Assembly (NCBI GenBank): GCA_964437815.1
Contig: CAYTIE010000004.1
Location: 110 to 64,109 of the forward strand
DNA length: 64,000 bases
Reading direction: 5' to 3'
Source of the DNA: an uncultured Flavobacteriaceae bacterium
GTDB lineage: Bacteria; Bacteroidota; Bacteroidia; Flavobacteriales; Flavobacteriaceae
The position numbers and the translations under genes are program-made. Below the pieces are notes generated by a model that saw only the letters and a list, made by a program, of their open reading frames with translations, was not told the origin of the DNA and did not search any database. Of this stretch, positions 8,974-17,199 are shown one piece after another; within the stretch, counting starts at the first letter, position 1; the number at the start of each line of letters is the position of its first letter.

Positions 8974-9737
8974 TGAACAGAATAGACAAAAAATTACAAG
9001 AGGAAGAAAAATTATTATCCATATACTTTACGGCTGGATATCCTAATTTGAATGATACAGTAGATATTATTTTAAAGCTTCAAAACTCTGGTGTAGATAT
9101 GATTGAAATAGGTTTACCATTTAGTGATCCCTTAGCTGATGGTCCGACAATTCAGGATAGTTCTACTCAAGCAATTAAGAATGGGATGAATACAAATGTA
9201 TTGTTTGAGCAGCTAGAAGGTATTAGAGATAAGGTTTCAATTCCTTTAATTATTATGGGATATTTTAATCCTATACTTCAATTTGGAGTTGAAGAATTTT
9301 GTAAAAAATGTAATGAAATTGGAATTGATGGATTAATTATTCCTGACCTACCAATTGATTATTACGAAGAGAATTATAAAGTAATATTTGAAAAATATGA
9401 AATTTATAATATGTTTTTAATTGCCCCTCAGACTTCAGATGAAAGAATCAAAAAGATTGATTCAATATCAAAAGGTTTTATTTATATGGTAAGTTCTTCC
9501 AGCATAACTGGATCAAAAGACTCATTTAGCTCTGAGCAGATACATTATTTTGAGAGAATAGAAAAAATGAATCTTAAAACTCCAAGGATAATTGGCTTTG
9601 GAGTTGGAAGTAATAAAACGTTTGAGGCTACAATCAAATATTCCAAAGGAGCTATAATAGGCTCTGCATTTATAAAAAATATAAAATCAAAGGGAACTGA
9701 TTCTATAGGATCTTTTATATCATCAATCAAAGGCTAA
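8970..9737 (+). CDS. trpA: Tryptophan synthase alpha chain
   Basis: 255 aa. The GLPFSDPLADGPTIQ motif. 4-nt overlap with trpB. Confidence 0.94.
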   Translation: MMNRIDKKLQEEEKLLSIYFTAGYPNLNDTVDIILKLQNSGVDMIEIGLPFSDPLADGPTIQDSSTQAIKNGMNTNVLFEQLEGIRDKVSIPLIIMGYFNPILQFGVEEFCKKCNEIGIDGLIIPDLPIDYYEENYKVIFEKYEIYNMFLIAPQTSDERIKKIDSISKGFIYMVSSSSITGSKDSFSSEQIHYFERIEKMNLKTPRIIGFGVGSNKTFEATIKYSKGAIIGSAFIKNIKSKGTDSIGSFISSIKG

Positions 9738-9746
9738 CCTGACTAA

Positions 9747-10808
9747 TTACCAAACCCTTTTTAAAAATTGAATAAAATTTTTATTCATTATATTTTCTAT
9801 ATCAATTTTTGAAAAACCTTTTTTTTCAAGCATTGAAGGTACTTTTTGCAGGTCTGCAATTGTATCAATATCAGTTGGGGTTTGCTCTTTACCAAATGCG
9901 CCATCTAAATCAGTACCAATCCCAACATGATAAGAGTTTCCTGATAATTGACAAATATGATCTATATTTTCTATCATTTGATCTAGTGTTACTCCCATAC
10001 CTTTTGGAGTTGATTCTCCTCTTATCCAATTAGGGACCATCATCCACGCATCTAGTGCAACACCAATAACTCCATTTCTTCTAATCAATTCTTTTATTTG
10101 ATCATCAGAAAATTGTCTATTATGATCTACAAATTTTCTGCAATTATTATGGCTAGCCCACAAATGACCCTTAAAGATTTCTAGAGTTTCCCAAAAACTA
10201 ACATCACTTAGATGAGTCACATCAAGTATTAAATTTAGTTCCTCAATTTTATTAATTAGTTGTTTACCTTTTGACCCAATACCTCCATTTGAATCAGTTC
10301 CATGTGCATATACACCAGGTCCGTAATGTGCTGGACCAATTGCTCTTAAACCTTTAGCAAATGATTTTTCAAGATAGTCAATGTTTACTATTGAATCTGC
10401 TCCCTCCAAACTTAAAATATATCCGATTGGCTTTTTAGATGTTAAATCTGTTTCCCATATTTCCAAATGATTATTTAAAGTATTTAAGTCATTAATTTGA
10501 ATCATTTCACCATTTTGTTCCATTTCTTTATACCAATGTAGTTGACGTTGAGTTTGGTCCCAAGCTTGTTCTGGAGAGTTCCAGCCTTGTAGGTTAATTT
10601 TATTTTTTAAACCTGCAATTTGTGTAGCAACACAAATACCAACGTTCCCCTTTCTCATAGCATCTAGAGAAACAGTATTTTTTTCTCTATCAGGTTTGTC
10701 AGTCATACCTTTCTCGCTTTTTCTTATATACTGAACACTTTTAGTCAAATCTCTATTCCACTCAAGAGCATTCATAGCAAGATCAAGATGTGCATCAAAA
10801 ATAAACAT
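9747..10808 (-). CDS. Peptidase M19 (renal/membrane dipeptidase) family amidohydrolase-fold enzyme, physiological substrate unknown
   Basis: 353 aa. M19-like metal-ligand blocks are FDAHLDL, SLEGADS, LDVTHLS, ASHNNCR and GIGTDLDG. It is the last gene of the 7-gene kdgK operon. Confidence 0.7.
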   Translation of the reverse strand: MFIFDAHLDLAMNALEWNRDLTKSVQYIRKSEKGMTDKPDREKNTVSLDAMRKGNVGICVATQIAGLKNKINLQGWNSPEQAWDQTQRQLHWYKEMEQNGEMIQINDLNTLNNHLEIWETDLTSKKPIGYILSLEGADSIVNIDYLEKSFAKGLRAIGPAHYGPGVYAHGTDSNGGIGSKGKQLINKIEELNLILDVTHLSDVSFWETLEIFKGHLWASHNNCRKFVDHNRQFSDDQIKELIRRNGVIGVALDAWMMVPNWIRGESTPKGMGVTLDQMIENIDHICQLSGNSYHVGIGTDLDGAFGKEQTPTDIDTIADLQKVPSMLEKKGFSKIDIENIMNKNFIQFLKRVW

Positions 10809-10831
10809 GATTTAAATTATTAGTTTTTGTA

Positions 10832-11941
10832 TCAATTTTGTGTAATGTAATCTCTAGCAGCTACTTTCCATTCCCCTGATATTTTACCTTCATCTATAGT
10901 AAACACCTTACTGTATTTCGGAACAGTTGGACATATATGAGTAGGTATTGAATAACAAATCATTCCAATCGGATGTTTATCTGATTCACTACATTCAAGA
11001 ACAAGATGCTCCTCACTATGACTGATCTGTTTGCTATTATTTAAATTAAGAATTTTTAATCTAGGAAAGTTCATTTCAGCTGCAACAGATTTATGACCTA
11101 GATTTATGCAAATTAAATTACTTTCTGGCTTACTAATTATACTGCCAATAAGGACTGCCGCATGAAGAAATTTTAAATCCTCAAAAGCACTTGCGTAGCG
11201 CTGATCCCATAGTAAAGAAGTTCCTGGACTTACTTCTATGTTACTTCTTTTTGCATGTATAGGAAAACTAGGTGTACCACCTGCAATAATTTTTTCAATT
11301 TTAATTCCCTTTTCTTCTATCTTATTTTTAAGTTCTAATACAAGATTAAACTCATTATCACAAATTTCTTTACGAATTGCAAAACTAGATTCGCGAATGT
11401 GACCATCATATACATGAAGACCTTTTGCTTTAAGATTGGAGGATGAAACTATTTTCTCATAAACTATACAAGCTTCATTATTTGGAATTATACCTGTCCT
11501 GTTCATACCACTATTAATATCTAACCATAAAGGAACTATAATATCTTTTTTATGAGCTTCTTCATTAATTTTACTAACAGAGTGATTATTATCGACAATT
11601 GTAGAAAAAATTGAGTTAGGATAATGTTGAAAAAGATTGAGAAATCTGGAGATATTTATTCCTGTGGGTTGCATAGCAAGGAGTATATCTTTAGCTCCAC
11701 ATTTTGCTAAAAGTTCAGCTTCTGAGACGGTTGCACATTTAAATTTATTTATACCATAATCTATTTGCATTTTTATTATTTCAGCAATTTTATGAGTTTT
11801 AATATGAGGCCTAAGACAATCTGTCCCACCTGCAATCTCTATCATTAGTTTAATATTTTGCTCAATTCTTTTAGGAAAAACAACTAAAGAAGGAGTAATT
11901 ATGTCTTCTGCATTTTTTATTTTATACCAATCTTGTTTCAT
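10832..11941 (-). CDS. D-TA/DSD1-family PLP enzyme (D-threonine aldolase / D-serine dehydratase-like, alanine-racemase-fold)
   Basis: 369 aa. LRPHIKTHK (PLP-lysine motif typical of this family), an N-terminal TIM-barrel and a C-terminal beta domain ending HICPTV. Confidence 0.75.
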   Translation of the reverse strand: MKQDWYKIKNAEDIITPSLVVFPKRIEQNIKLMIEIAGGTDCLRPHIKTHKIAEIIKMQIDYGINKFKCATVSEAELLAKCGAKDILLAMQPTGINISRFLNLFQHYPNSIFSTIVDNNHSVSKINEEAHKKDIIVPLWLDINSGMNRTGIIPNNEACIVYEKIVSSSNLKAKGLHVYDGHIRESSFAIRKEICDNEFNLVLELKNKIEEKGIKIEKIIAGGTPSFPIHAKRSNIEVSPGTSLLWDQRYASAFEDLKFLHAAVLIGSIISKPESNLICINLGHKSVAAEMNFPRLKILNLNNSKQISHSEEHLVLECSESDKHPIGMICYSIPTHICPTVPKYSKVFTIDEGKISGEWKVAARDYITQN

Positions 11942-11950
11942 CTCTGATAT

Positions 11951-12415
11951 TTAGTATAATTCAAACATAGCCTCAATTTCAACTGGAATTCCTCCTGGAA
12001 GAATCATTCCTACAGCACTTCTTACACCAATCCCATTGTCTTCACCAAAAATATCAGACATCAATTCACTAAATCCATTAATTACATATGGATGATTCTC
12101 AAAGTTTGGATTGCTGTTTACCATTCCAAGTACCTTTACTACTCTTTTAATTTTATCTATATCTCCAAAATGTGTTTGAATGGAAGACAACATTGTTAAT
12201 CCAACCTGCCTAGCTGCTAATTTACCATCCTCTTTTGTCATATTATCTCCTAACCTTCCTTTTAAAAGCGTTCCATCCATTTTAACAGGCCCTTGACCTG
12301 AGACATATAAAAATTTACCAACTACTAATACAGGTTTATATACACCTGCAGGTTTTGGAGCTGGAGGAAATTCAATATTCAATTCTTTTAGTTTTTGTGA
12401 TGGTAAATTTTTCAT
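11951..12415 (-). CDS. RidA/YjgF-family reactive enamine/imine deaminase
   Basis: 154 aa. YjgF/YER057c/UK114 pattern (LYVSGQGP ... VEIEAMF). Confidence 0.8.
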   Translation of the reverse strand: MKNLPSQKLKELNIEFPPAPKPAGVYKPVLVVGKFLYVSGQGPVKMDGTLLKGRLGDNMTKEDGKLAARQVGLTMLSSIQTHFGDIDKIKRVVKVLGMVNSNPNFENHPYVINGFSELMSDIFGEDNGIGVRSAVGMILPGGIPVEIEAMFELY

Positions 12416-12418
12416 TTT

Positions 12419-13735
12419 TTATATAAATATATCCAATATTAAAACACCTATCAATCCAGTTACTCCAACGATAGTTTCCATTACTGTCCATGTTGAAAGA
12501 GTTTCTTTAACAGTCAGATTAAAATACTCTTTAAACATCCAGAATCCAGCATCATTAACATGTGATAACATTAAGCTTCCAGAACCAATTGCTAGGACCA
12601 TTAATTCTGGACTTACATCAGAGTTAGAAATTAATGGAAGTACAATTCCTGCAGCTGTTAAACCTGCCACAGTTGCAGATCCAACACAAACTCTAATAAC
12701 TGTTGCTATAAGCCAAGCTAAAATTAAAGGAGATATTTGTGAGCCATCTAATAAGGCTCCAATATAATCGCTTACTCCACTATCAATTAAAATTTGTTTT
12801 AAAGCACCTGCCCCAGAAATAATTAGTAAAACCATTGTTATGCTTGAGACAGAAATTGAAATAGAGTTCATCAATTCAGTCATTTTTTTTCTACGAGATA
12901 ATCCAAGTGTGTAAATAGCAACTAAGACAGAAAGTAACATAGCAATTACAGGATCACCTATGAATACAATTATTTCTTTAAACATAGAATCACCTGGATA
13001 AATAATAGTGAATATTGAGGAAAATATAATTAGTATAACAGGTAATAAAGCAGTCAATACACTAATTCCCATCCCTGGCATTTCCTCATCTTTTAAAATA
13101 ATAGGATTATAAAATTCTTTTAAGGGAGTAGCATTAATATTTTTAATTGTTCGAGAAAATAAGGGACCTGCCACTATTATTGCTGGGATAGCAATTATAA
13201 TTCCATATAATAAGGTTTTACCAATGTCTGCATTAAACATACTTGAAATAGCTGTAGGAGCTGGGTGAGGAGGTAAAAATCCATGAGTTACAGATAAAGA
13301 TGCAAGCATAGGTAAACCAACATAAATTAATGGTAATCCTGAAGATGCTGCCACTGTAAACACCAAAGGTATTAAGATTACAAATCCTACAGAGTAAAAC
13401 ATAGGAATACCCACAATAAAACCAGCAACAACAACTGCCCATTGAATATATTTAATTCCAAAGCTAGATATCAATTTAGAAGTAATTCTTTGTGCTGCTC
13501 CACTATCAGCAACTAGTTTCCCTAGCATTGCCCCAAAACCTAAAATCAAAACCAAAAACCCTAGTGTATCTCCAATACCTTTTTGAATTGATTCTACAAT
13601 ATTTAGCAGCTCCATTCCTTGAAATAATCCAACAAAAATACATACGGTTATAAATGATATAAATGCATCAAGTTTAAATCTTGCTATTAGTATAAATAAC
13701 AATAGAATTCCAAAAATTACAATAAGTAAAGGCAT
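12419..13735 (-). CDS. GntP-family (gluconate:H+ symporter family) permease
   Basis: 438 aa, about 12 TM, with GntP-like N terminus (MPLLIVIFGILLLFILIARFKLDAFISFI) and SHVNDAGFW block. Confidence 0.85.
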   Translation of the reverse strand: MPLLIVIFGILLLFILIARFKLDAFISFITVCIFVGLFQGMELLNIVESIQKGIGDTLGFLVLILGFGAMLGKLVADSGAAQRITSKLISSFGIKYIQWAVVVAGFIVGIPMFYSVGFVILIPLVFTVAASSGLPLIYVGLPMLASLSVTHGFLPPHPAPTAISSMFNADIGKTLLYGIIIAIPAIIVAGPLFSRTIKNINATPLKEFYNPIILKDEEMPGMGISVLTALLPVILIIFSSIFTIIYPGDSMFKEIIVFIGDPVIAMLLSVLVAIYTLGLSRRKKMTELMNSISISVSSITMVLLIISGAGALKQILIDSGVSDYIGALLDGSQISPLILAWLIATVIRVCVGSATVAGLTAAGIVLPLISNSDVSPELMVLAIGSGSLMLSHVNDAGFWMFKEYFNLTVKETLSTWTVMETIVGVTGLIGVLILDIFI

Positions 13736-13758
13736 GTGTTTTTAGTTTTTAATTTTAA

Positions 13759-14139
13759 TTAAGTCGGGTTAGTCATAAACACATAGGCGAAAAGTAGTGC
13801 AAAAATTAAATAGAATACAGTCAAGAAAATAATAATTTCTGAATGTGTTTGAATATTAGGGATTTCTTTAATCAATGTAATTGCTCCAACTGCAAAATGC
13901 ATAAAGTTTCCAATGGCAATTGGTCTATTATAAATTCCTCCAATTAGCGTTCCTTTCGCCATCCAATTCAAAATCCCAAATCCCAAATATAATGCACTCA
14001 ATATTTTCAAAAAAAGTATTGTAATAATAGTTGGTTCAACGCTTAGATATTCCGCTATTTCATGAGGTAAGAAAGAAAGAAGGATCCCAATTATTGAACA
14101 GAATAGTGCGCTTGAAATCATTAAAAGTTTTGTTTTCAT
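13759..14139 (-). CDS. Small 4-TM membrane protein of unknown function
   Basis: 126 aa with four hydrophobic segments. 4-nt overlap with the stop of eda, so it is embedded in the operon. Confidence 0.5.
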   Translation of the reverse strand: MKTKLLMISSALFCSIIGILLSFLPHEIAEYLSVEPTIITILFLKILSALYLGFGILNWMAKGTLIGGIYNRPIAIGNFMHFAVGAITLIKEIPNIQTHSEIIIFLTVFYLIFALLFAYVFMTNPT

Positions 14140-14801
14140 CTTAAGGATTTAATTGTTTTTAAAGTTTTTTGAACATTTTTCGTTAATAAATCATAATCTT
14201 TATTTTCTAAAATATCATTAGAAATGAGTTTAGAACCCATACCCACACATGTAACTCCAGAGTCAAACCATGATTTTAAGTTGTCATATTCCATTGAAAC
14301 TCCTCCTGTTGGCATGACAGAAGTCCATGGTTGAGGCCCTTTTATGCTCTTAACAAATTTTGGCCCTAATACATCACCAGGAAATAATTTAACAAGTTCG
14401 CAACCAAATTCTTCTGCAGTTGCAATTTCAGTTAGTGAACTACAACCTGCAGACCACATTAATTTTCTTCTGTTACATATACGGGCAATATCTTCTCTAA
14501 AAACTGGGGTTACAACAAAGTTTGTTCCAGCTAACATATATTGGGAAGCTGCTTTTGCATCAGTTATAGAACCAACACCTAAAATCATTCCAGGTAATGC
14601 GGAAATTGAATATTTAATTATATCGGTAAAAACTTCTAGAGCAAAATCACCTCTGTTAGTAAATTCCATAAGACGAGCGCCTCCTTCATAACAAGCTTTA
14701 AGAACATCTTTAGCTACTGATTTATCTTCATGATAGAAAAGGGGAACCATTCCAGATTCTTCCATCTGTTGTAGTACTTGAATTTTTGAATATTGAGCCA
14801 T
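14136..14801 (-). CDS. eda: 2-dehydro-3-deoxy-phosphogluconate (KDPG) / 4-hydroxy-2-oxoglutarate aldolase
   Basis: 221 aa class-I aldolase. The LVKLFPG Schiff-base lysine block and VPLFYH/ LMEFTNR blocks. Confidence 0.88.
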   Translation of the reverse strand: MAQYSKIQVLQQMEESGMVPLFYHEDKSVAKDVLKACYEGGARLMEFTNRGDFALEVFTDIIKYSISALPGMILGVGSITDAKAASQYMLAGTNFVVTPVFREDIARICNRRKLMWSAGCSSLTEIATAEEFGCELVKLFPGDVLGPKFVKSIKGPQPWTSVMPTGGVSMEYDNLKSWFDSGVTCVGMGSKLISNDILENKDYDLLTKNVQKTLKTIKSLR

Positions 14802-14810
14802 ATATAGTTA

Positions 14811-15851
14811 TTATCGAGTAACTCGCCCAGAAGCGTCTCCATTCATAAGTTTTTCTATTTCTTCAACAGTAACAAGATTTGCATCTCCTTTAATTGTATG
14901 TTTAAGACAAGAAGCAGCTACGGCAAAATCCAATGCTTTTTGATCTTCATTAGGATAATTTAAAAGACCATATATCAATCCACCCACAAACGAATCTCCA
15001 GCACCTACACGATCAACAATATCAGTTATTTGATATTGAATGCTTTCATACATTTTTTTACCATCATAAAGAACTCCAGCCCAAGAATTGTGAGAAGCTG
15101 AAATTGACCCTCTTAATGTTATAATTACTTTTTTAGCTCTAGGAAATTTTTTCATCATTTGTTTACAAACAGATATAAAAGCTTCGGCTTTAATATCATG
15201 TCCTTGAGTGTTTATATCTAGGCCTTCTGGTTTAATCCCAAACTGCATTTCAGCATCTTCTTCATTACCTAAAATAATATCACAATAGGAAGTAAGCTCG
15301 GTCATAATTGCTTCACGATTTCCTCCATATTGCCATAGTTTAGATCTGTAATTTAGATCTGTAGAAATAGTAATACCCCGTTCACTTGCAATTTTAACTG
15401 CTTCTAAACAAACATCGGCAGCACTTTTTGAAATTGCTGGGGTAATACCGGTCCAATGAAACCAAGAAGCTCCATCAAAAACTTGATCCCAATCTATCAT
15501 CCCTGATTCAATTTCAGCCATAGCAGAATTAGCTCGATCATATACTACTTTACTTCCTCTACTTACTGCACCTGTTTCTATAAAATAAATCCCTAGGCGA
15601 TCTCCACCATAAGTTATATGCGAAGTTCCAACACCTCTTTTACGCATCTCCATTAATGCACATTCACCAATATCTGTTTTGGGTAATCGGGTTACAAACT
15701 CAACAGGAACTCCATAATTTGCTAATGATACTGCAACATTAGACTCTCCTCCGCCGTAAACAACATCAAAGCTATTTGTTTGAGAAAAGCGAAGAAAACC
15801 AGGAGGGGATAGTCTTAACATAATCTCTCCGAAAGTCACAACTTTATTCAT
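14811..15851 (-). CDS. kdgK: 2-dehydro-3-deoxygluconokinase (PfkB family)
   Basis: 346 aa. The N-terminal VVTFGEIMLRL and the PfkB motif DRVGAGDSFVGGLIYG. Confidence 0.88.
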   Translation of the reverse strand: MNKVVTFGEIMLRLSPPGFLRFSQTNSFDVVYGGGESNVAVSLANYGVPVEFVTRLPKTDIGECALMEMRKRGVGTSHITYGGDRLGIYFIETGAVSRGSKVVYDRANSAMAEIESGMIDWDQVFDGASWFHWTGITPAISKSAADVCLEAVKIASERGITISTDLNYRSKLWQYGGNREAIMTELTSYCDIILGNEEDAEMQFGIKPEGLDINTQGHDIKAEAFISVCKQMMKKFPRAKKVIITLRGSISASHNSWAGVLYDGKKMYESIQYQITDIVDRVGAGDSFVGGLIYGLLNYPNEDQKALDFAVAASCLKHTIKGDANLVTVEEIEKLMNGDASGRVTR

Positions 15852-15893
15852 TAGTGTATATATTTAATCTTCCAAACCTCTAATATAACCACA

Positions 15894-16013
15894 AAAATAT
15901 TAATTGCAGAGTGTTCTAATGCTGCAATCTTGATAACCTTAAACTACTTGTTGTTAGTATTTATTAAAAAGTTTTAATATAATTATATTTATATTAGAGA
16001 ATGAGTATAAATT
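15894..16013 (+). repeat. Direct repeat copy 1 (120 nt, identical to 16281-16400)
   Basis: Hand alignment shows the sequence from aaaatattaattgcagagtg... to ...ttagagaATGAGTATAAATT is identical at an offset of 387 nt. It includes the start codon and 13 nt of the CDS. Confidence 0.95.
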
Positions 16014-16276
16014 TAATAGTAGGAGCTGAAGTTTCAGTTGGAGTTTCCATATTTATGTTTTTTGCTGGTATTATTGGACTAGCTATTTTTTTCGTGCCAA
16101 CTATCGTTGCTTTTAAAAGGTCTCACCGTAATAGATGGGTAATTTTATTGATGAACGTTTTTGGAGCAACAATAATTCTTTGGATTATTGCTCTGGTTTG
16201 GGCGCTTAATAAATTTGATGATCCTGTTAAGGGTGGACACCAGATTGATGGTCAGCCTGGAGATAGAGTTTTATAA
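16001..16276 (+). CDS. Superinfection-immunity (phage T4 Imm-like, Imm_superinfect family) small membrane protein
   Basis: 91 aa with two TM helices. FFVPTIVAFKRSHRNRWVILLMNVFGATIILWIIALVWAL matches the characteristic PTIIAxxRxHxN...LN...GW...ALVWAL pattern of this family. Confidence 0.7.
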   Translation: MSINLIVGAEVSVGVSIFMFFAGIIGLAIFFVPTIVAFKRSHRNRWVILLMNVFGATIILWIIALVWALNKFDDPVKGGHQIDGQPGDRVL

Positions 16277-16280
16277 GAAC

Positions 16281-16400
16281 AAAATATTAATTGCAGAGTG
16301 TTCTAATGCTGCAATCTTGATAACCTTAAACTACTTGTTGTTAGTATTTATTAAAAAGTTTTAATATAATTATATTTATATTAGAGAATGAGTATAAATT
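16281..16400 (+). repeat. Direct repeat copy 2 (120 nt, identical to 15894-16013)
   Basis: See copy 1. This copy supplies the upstream region and the first codons (MSIN) of the oxygenase gene. Confidence 0.95.
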
Positions 16401-17158
16401 CAATTTTAGGAGATGAATATGGAAAAAATCTCTTGTCAAGTGGAGACACACTAATATCAGAACTTGAAAAAGAAGGGATTCTAGTTTTTAAATCTTTCTT
16501 AAATTCCAAATCAATTTTAGATCTCCAAAATGAGGCAAAAGAGCTAAAACCTCTTGCTTTTTCTAGCTCATCTGAGTACAATGTATATGTATCAGAACAT
16601 GACAAAAAGTTTCCTGATAATAGTCCAAGGAATAGGATTATGAAAACAACAAAAAAGTGTATTCCTTGTGATTTAATTCCAAAAGATTCACTTTTAAAAA
16701 CAATATATAATTCTAAAAAATTAAAAACATTTTTCTCTGAAATTTTAAATGTCAAAAAACTATTCCCATACGAAGATTCACTTTCAAGTATAAATATCAA
16801 TTATTATGATAAAGGTGATGCTCTTGGTTGGCATTTTGATAATTCAGATTTTACAATAACTCTTTTAATTAAAAATTGTCTAGAAGGAGGAGTCTATGAA
16901 TTTTTTAATAATATGAGATACATCAATGGTGAAGAAGATTATTCAACAGTTGAAAAAATTTTAGATAAAAAAATTGAAGGAAAAAAAATTAAAAGTGATG
17001 ATGGAGATTTAATGATTTTTAAAGGTAATAAATCAATACACCAAGTAAGCGAGGTTATTAAAGGTGAAAGAATCTTAGTAACCTTTAATTATAACCTAAC
17101 AAAAGGCGTTTCTCTTTCAGAACAATCAAGAAAAACTTTTTTTGGAAGAATAACATAA
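16388..17158 (+). CDS. Fe(II)/2-oxoglutarate-dependent oxygenase superfamily protein
   Basis: 256 aa. A putative HxD...H facial triad (WHFDNSD ... SIHQVSEV) and RILVTF (2OG-binding Arg region). The substrate is unknown. Confidence 0.55.
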   Translation: MSINSILGDEYGKNLLSSGDTLISELEKEGILVFKSFLNSKSILDLQNEAKELKPLAFSSSSEYNVYVSEHDKKFPDNSPRNRIMKTTKKCIPCDLIPKDSLLKTIYNSKKLKTFFSEILNVKKLFPYEDSLSSININYYDKGDALGWHFDNSDFTITLLIKNCLEGGVYEFFNNMRYINGEEDYSTVEKILDKKIEGKKIKSDDGDLMIFKGNKSIHQVSEVIKGERILVTFNYNLTKGVSLSEQSRKTFFGRIT

Positions 17159-17199
17159 ATTTTCATTTAAAAATTTAAGCATTAATAAATAGAAAATTA

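Noticed and set aside
8136-14691. Short antisense ORFs inside trpB, trpA, the M19 gene, gntP and eda (8136..8348, 9545..9730, 9809..10033, 13233..13442, 14344..14691). Similar ones occur later in the window (for example 17385..17573, 19131..19355, 22573..22758, 23438..23908, 32231..34414, 37296..37589, 37927..38118, 47890..49338, 51476..51664, 53992..54731, 55917..56258, 57691..57879, 58601..60400, 62249..62452, 63238..63432).
   Set aside because: All lie fully inside, and antisense to or out of frame with, long ORFs that have clear family signatures. None has a recognisable domain. They are the expected shadow ORFs of a six-frame track.
16381-16800. 139-aa minus-strand ORF overlapping the start of the oxygenase gene and repeat copy 2.
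   Set aside because: It is entirely antisense to a better-supported + strand gene. Its composition is Phe/Ser/Leu/Ile-rich, typical of shadow frames in AT-rich DNA, and I recognise no motif.
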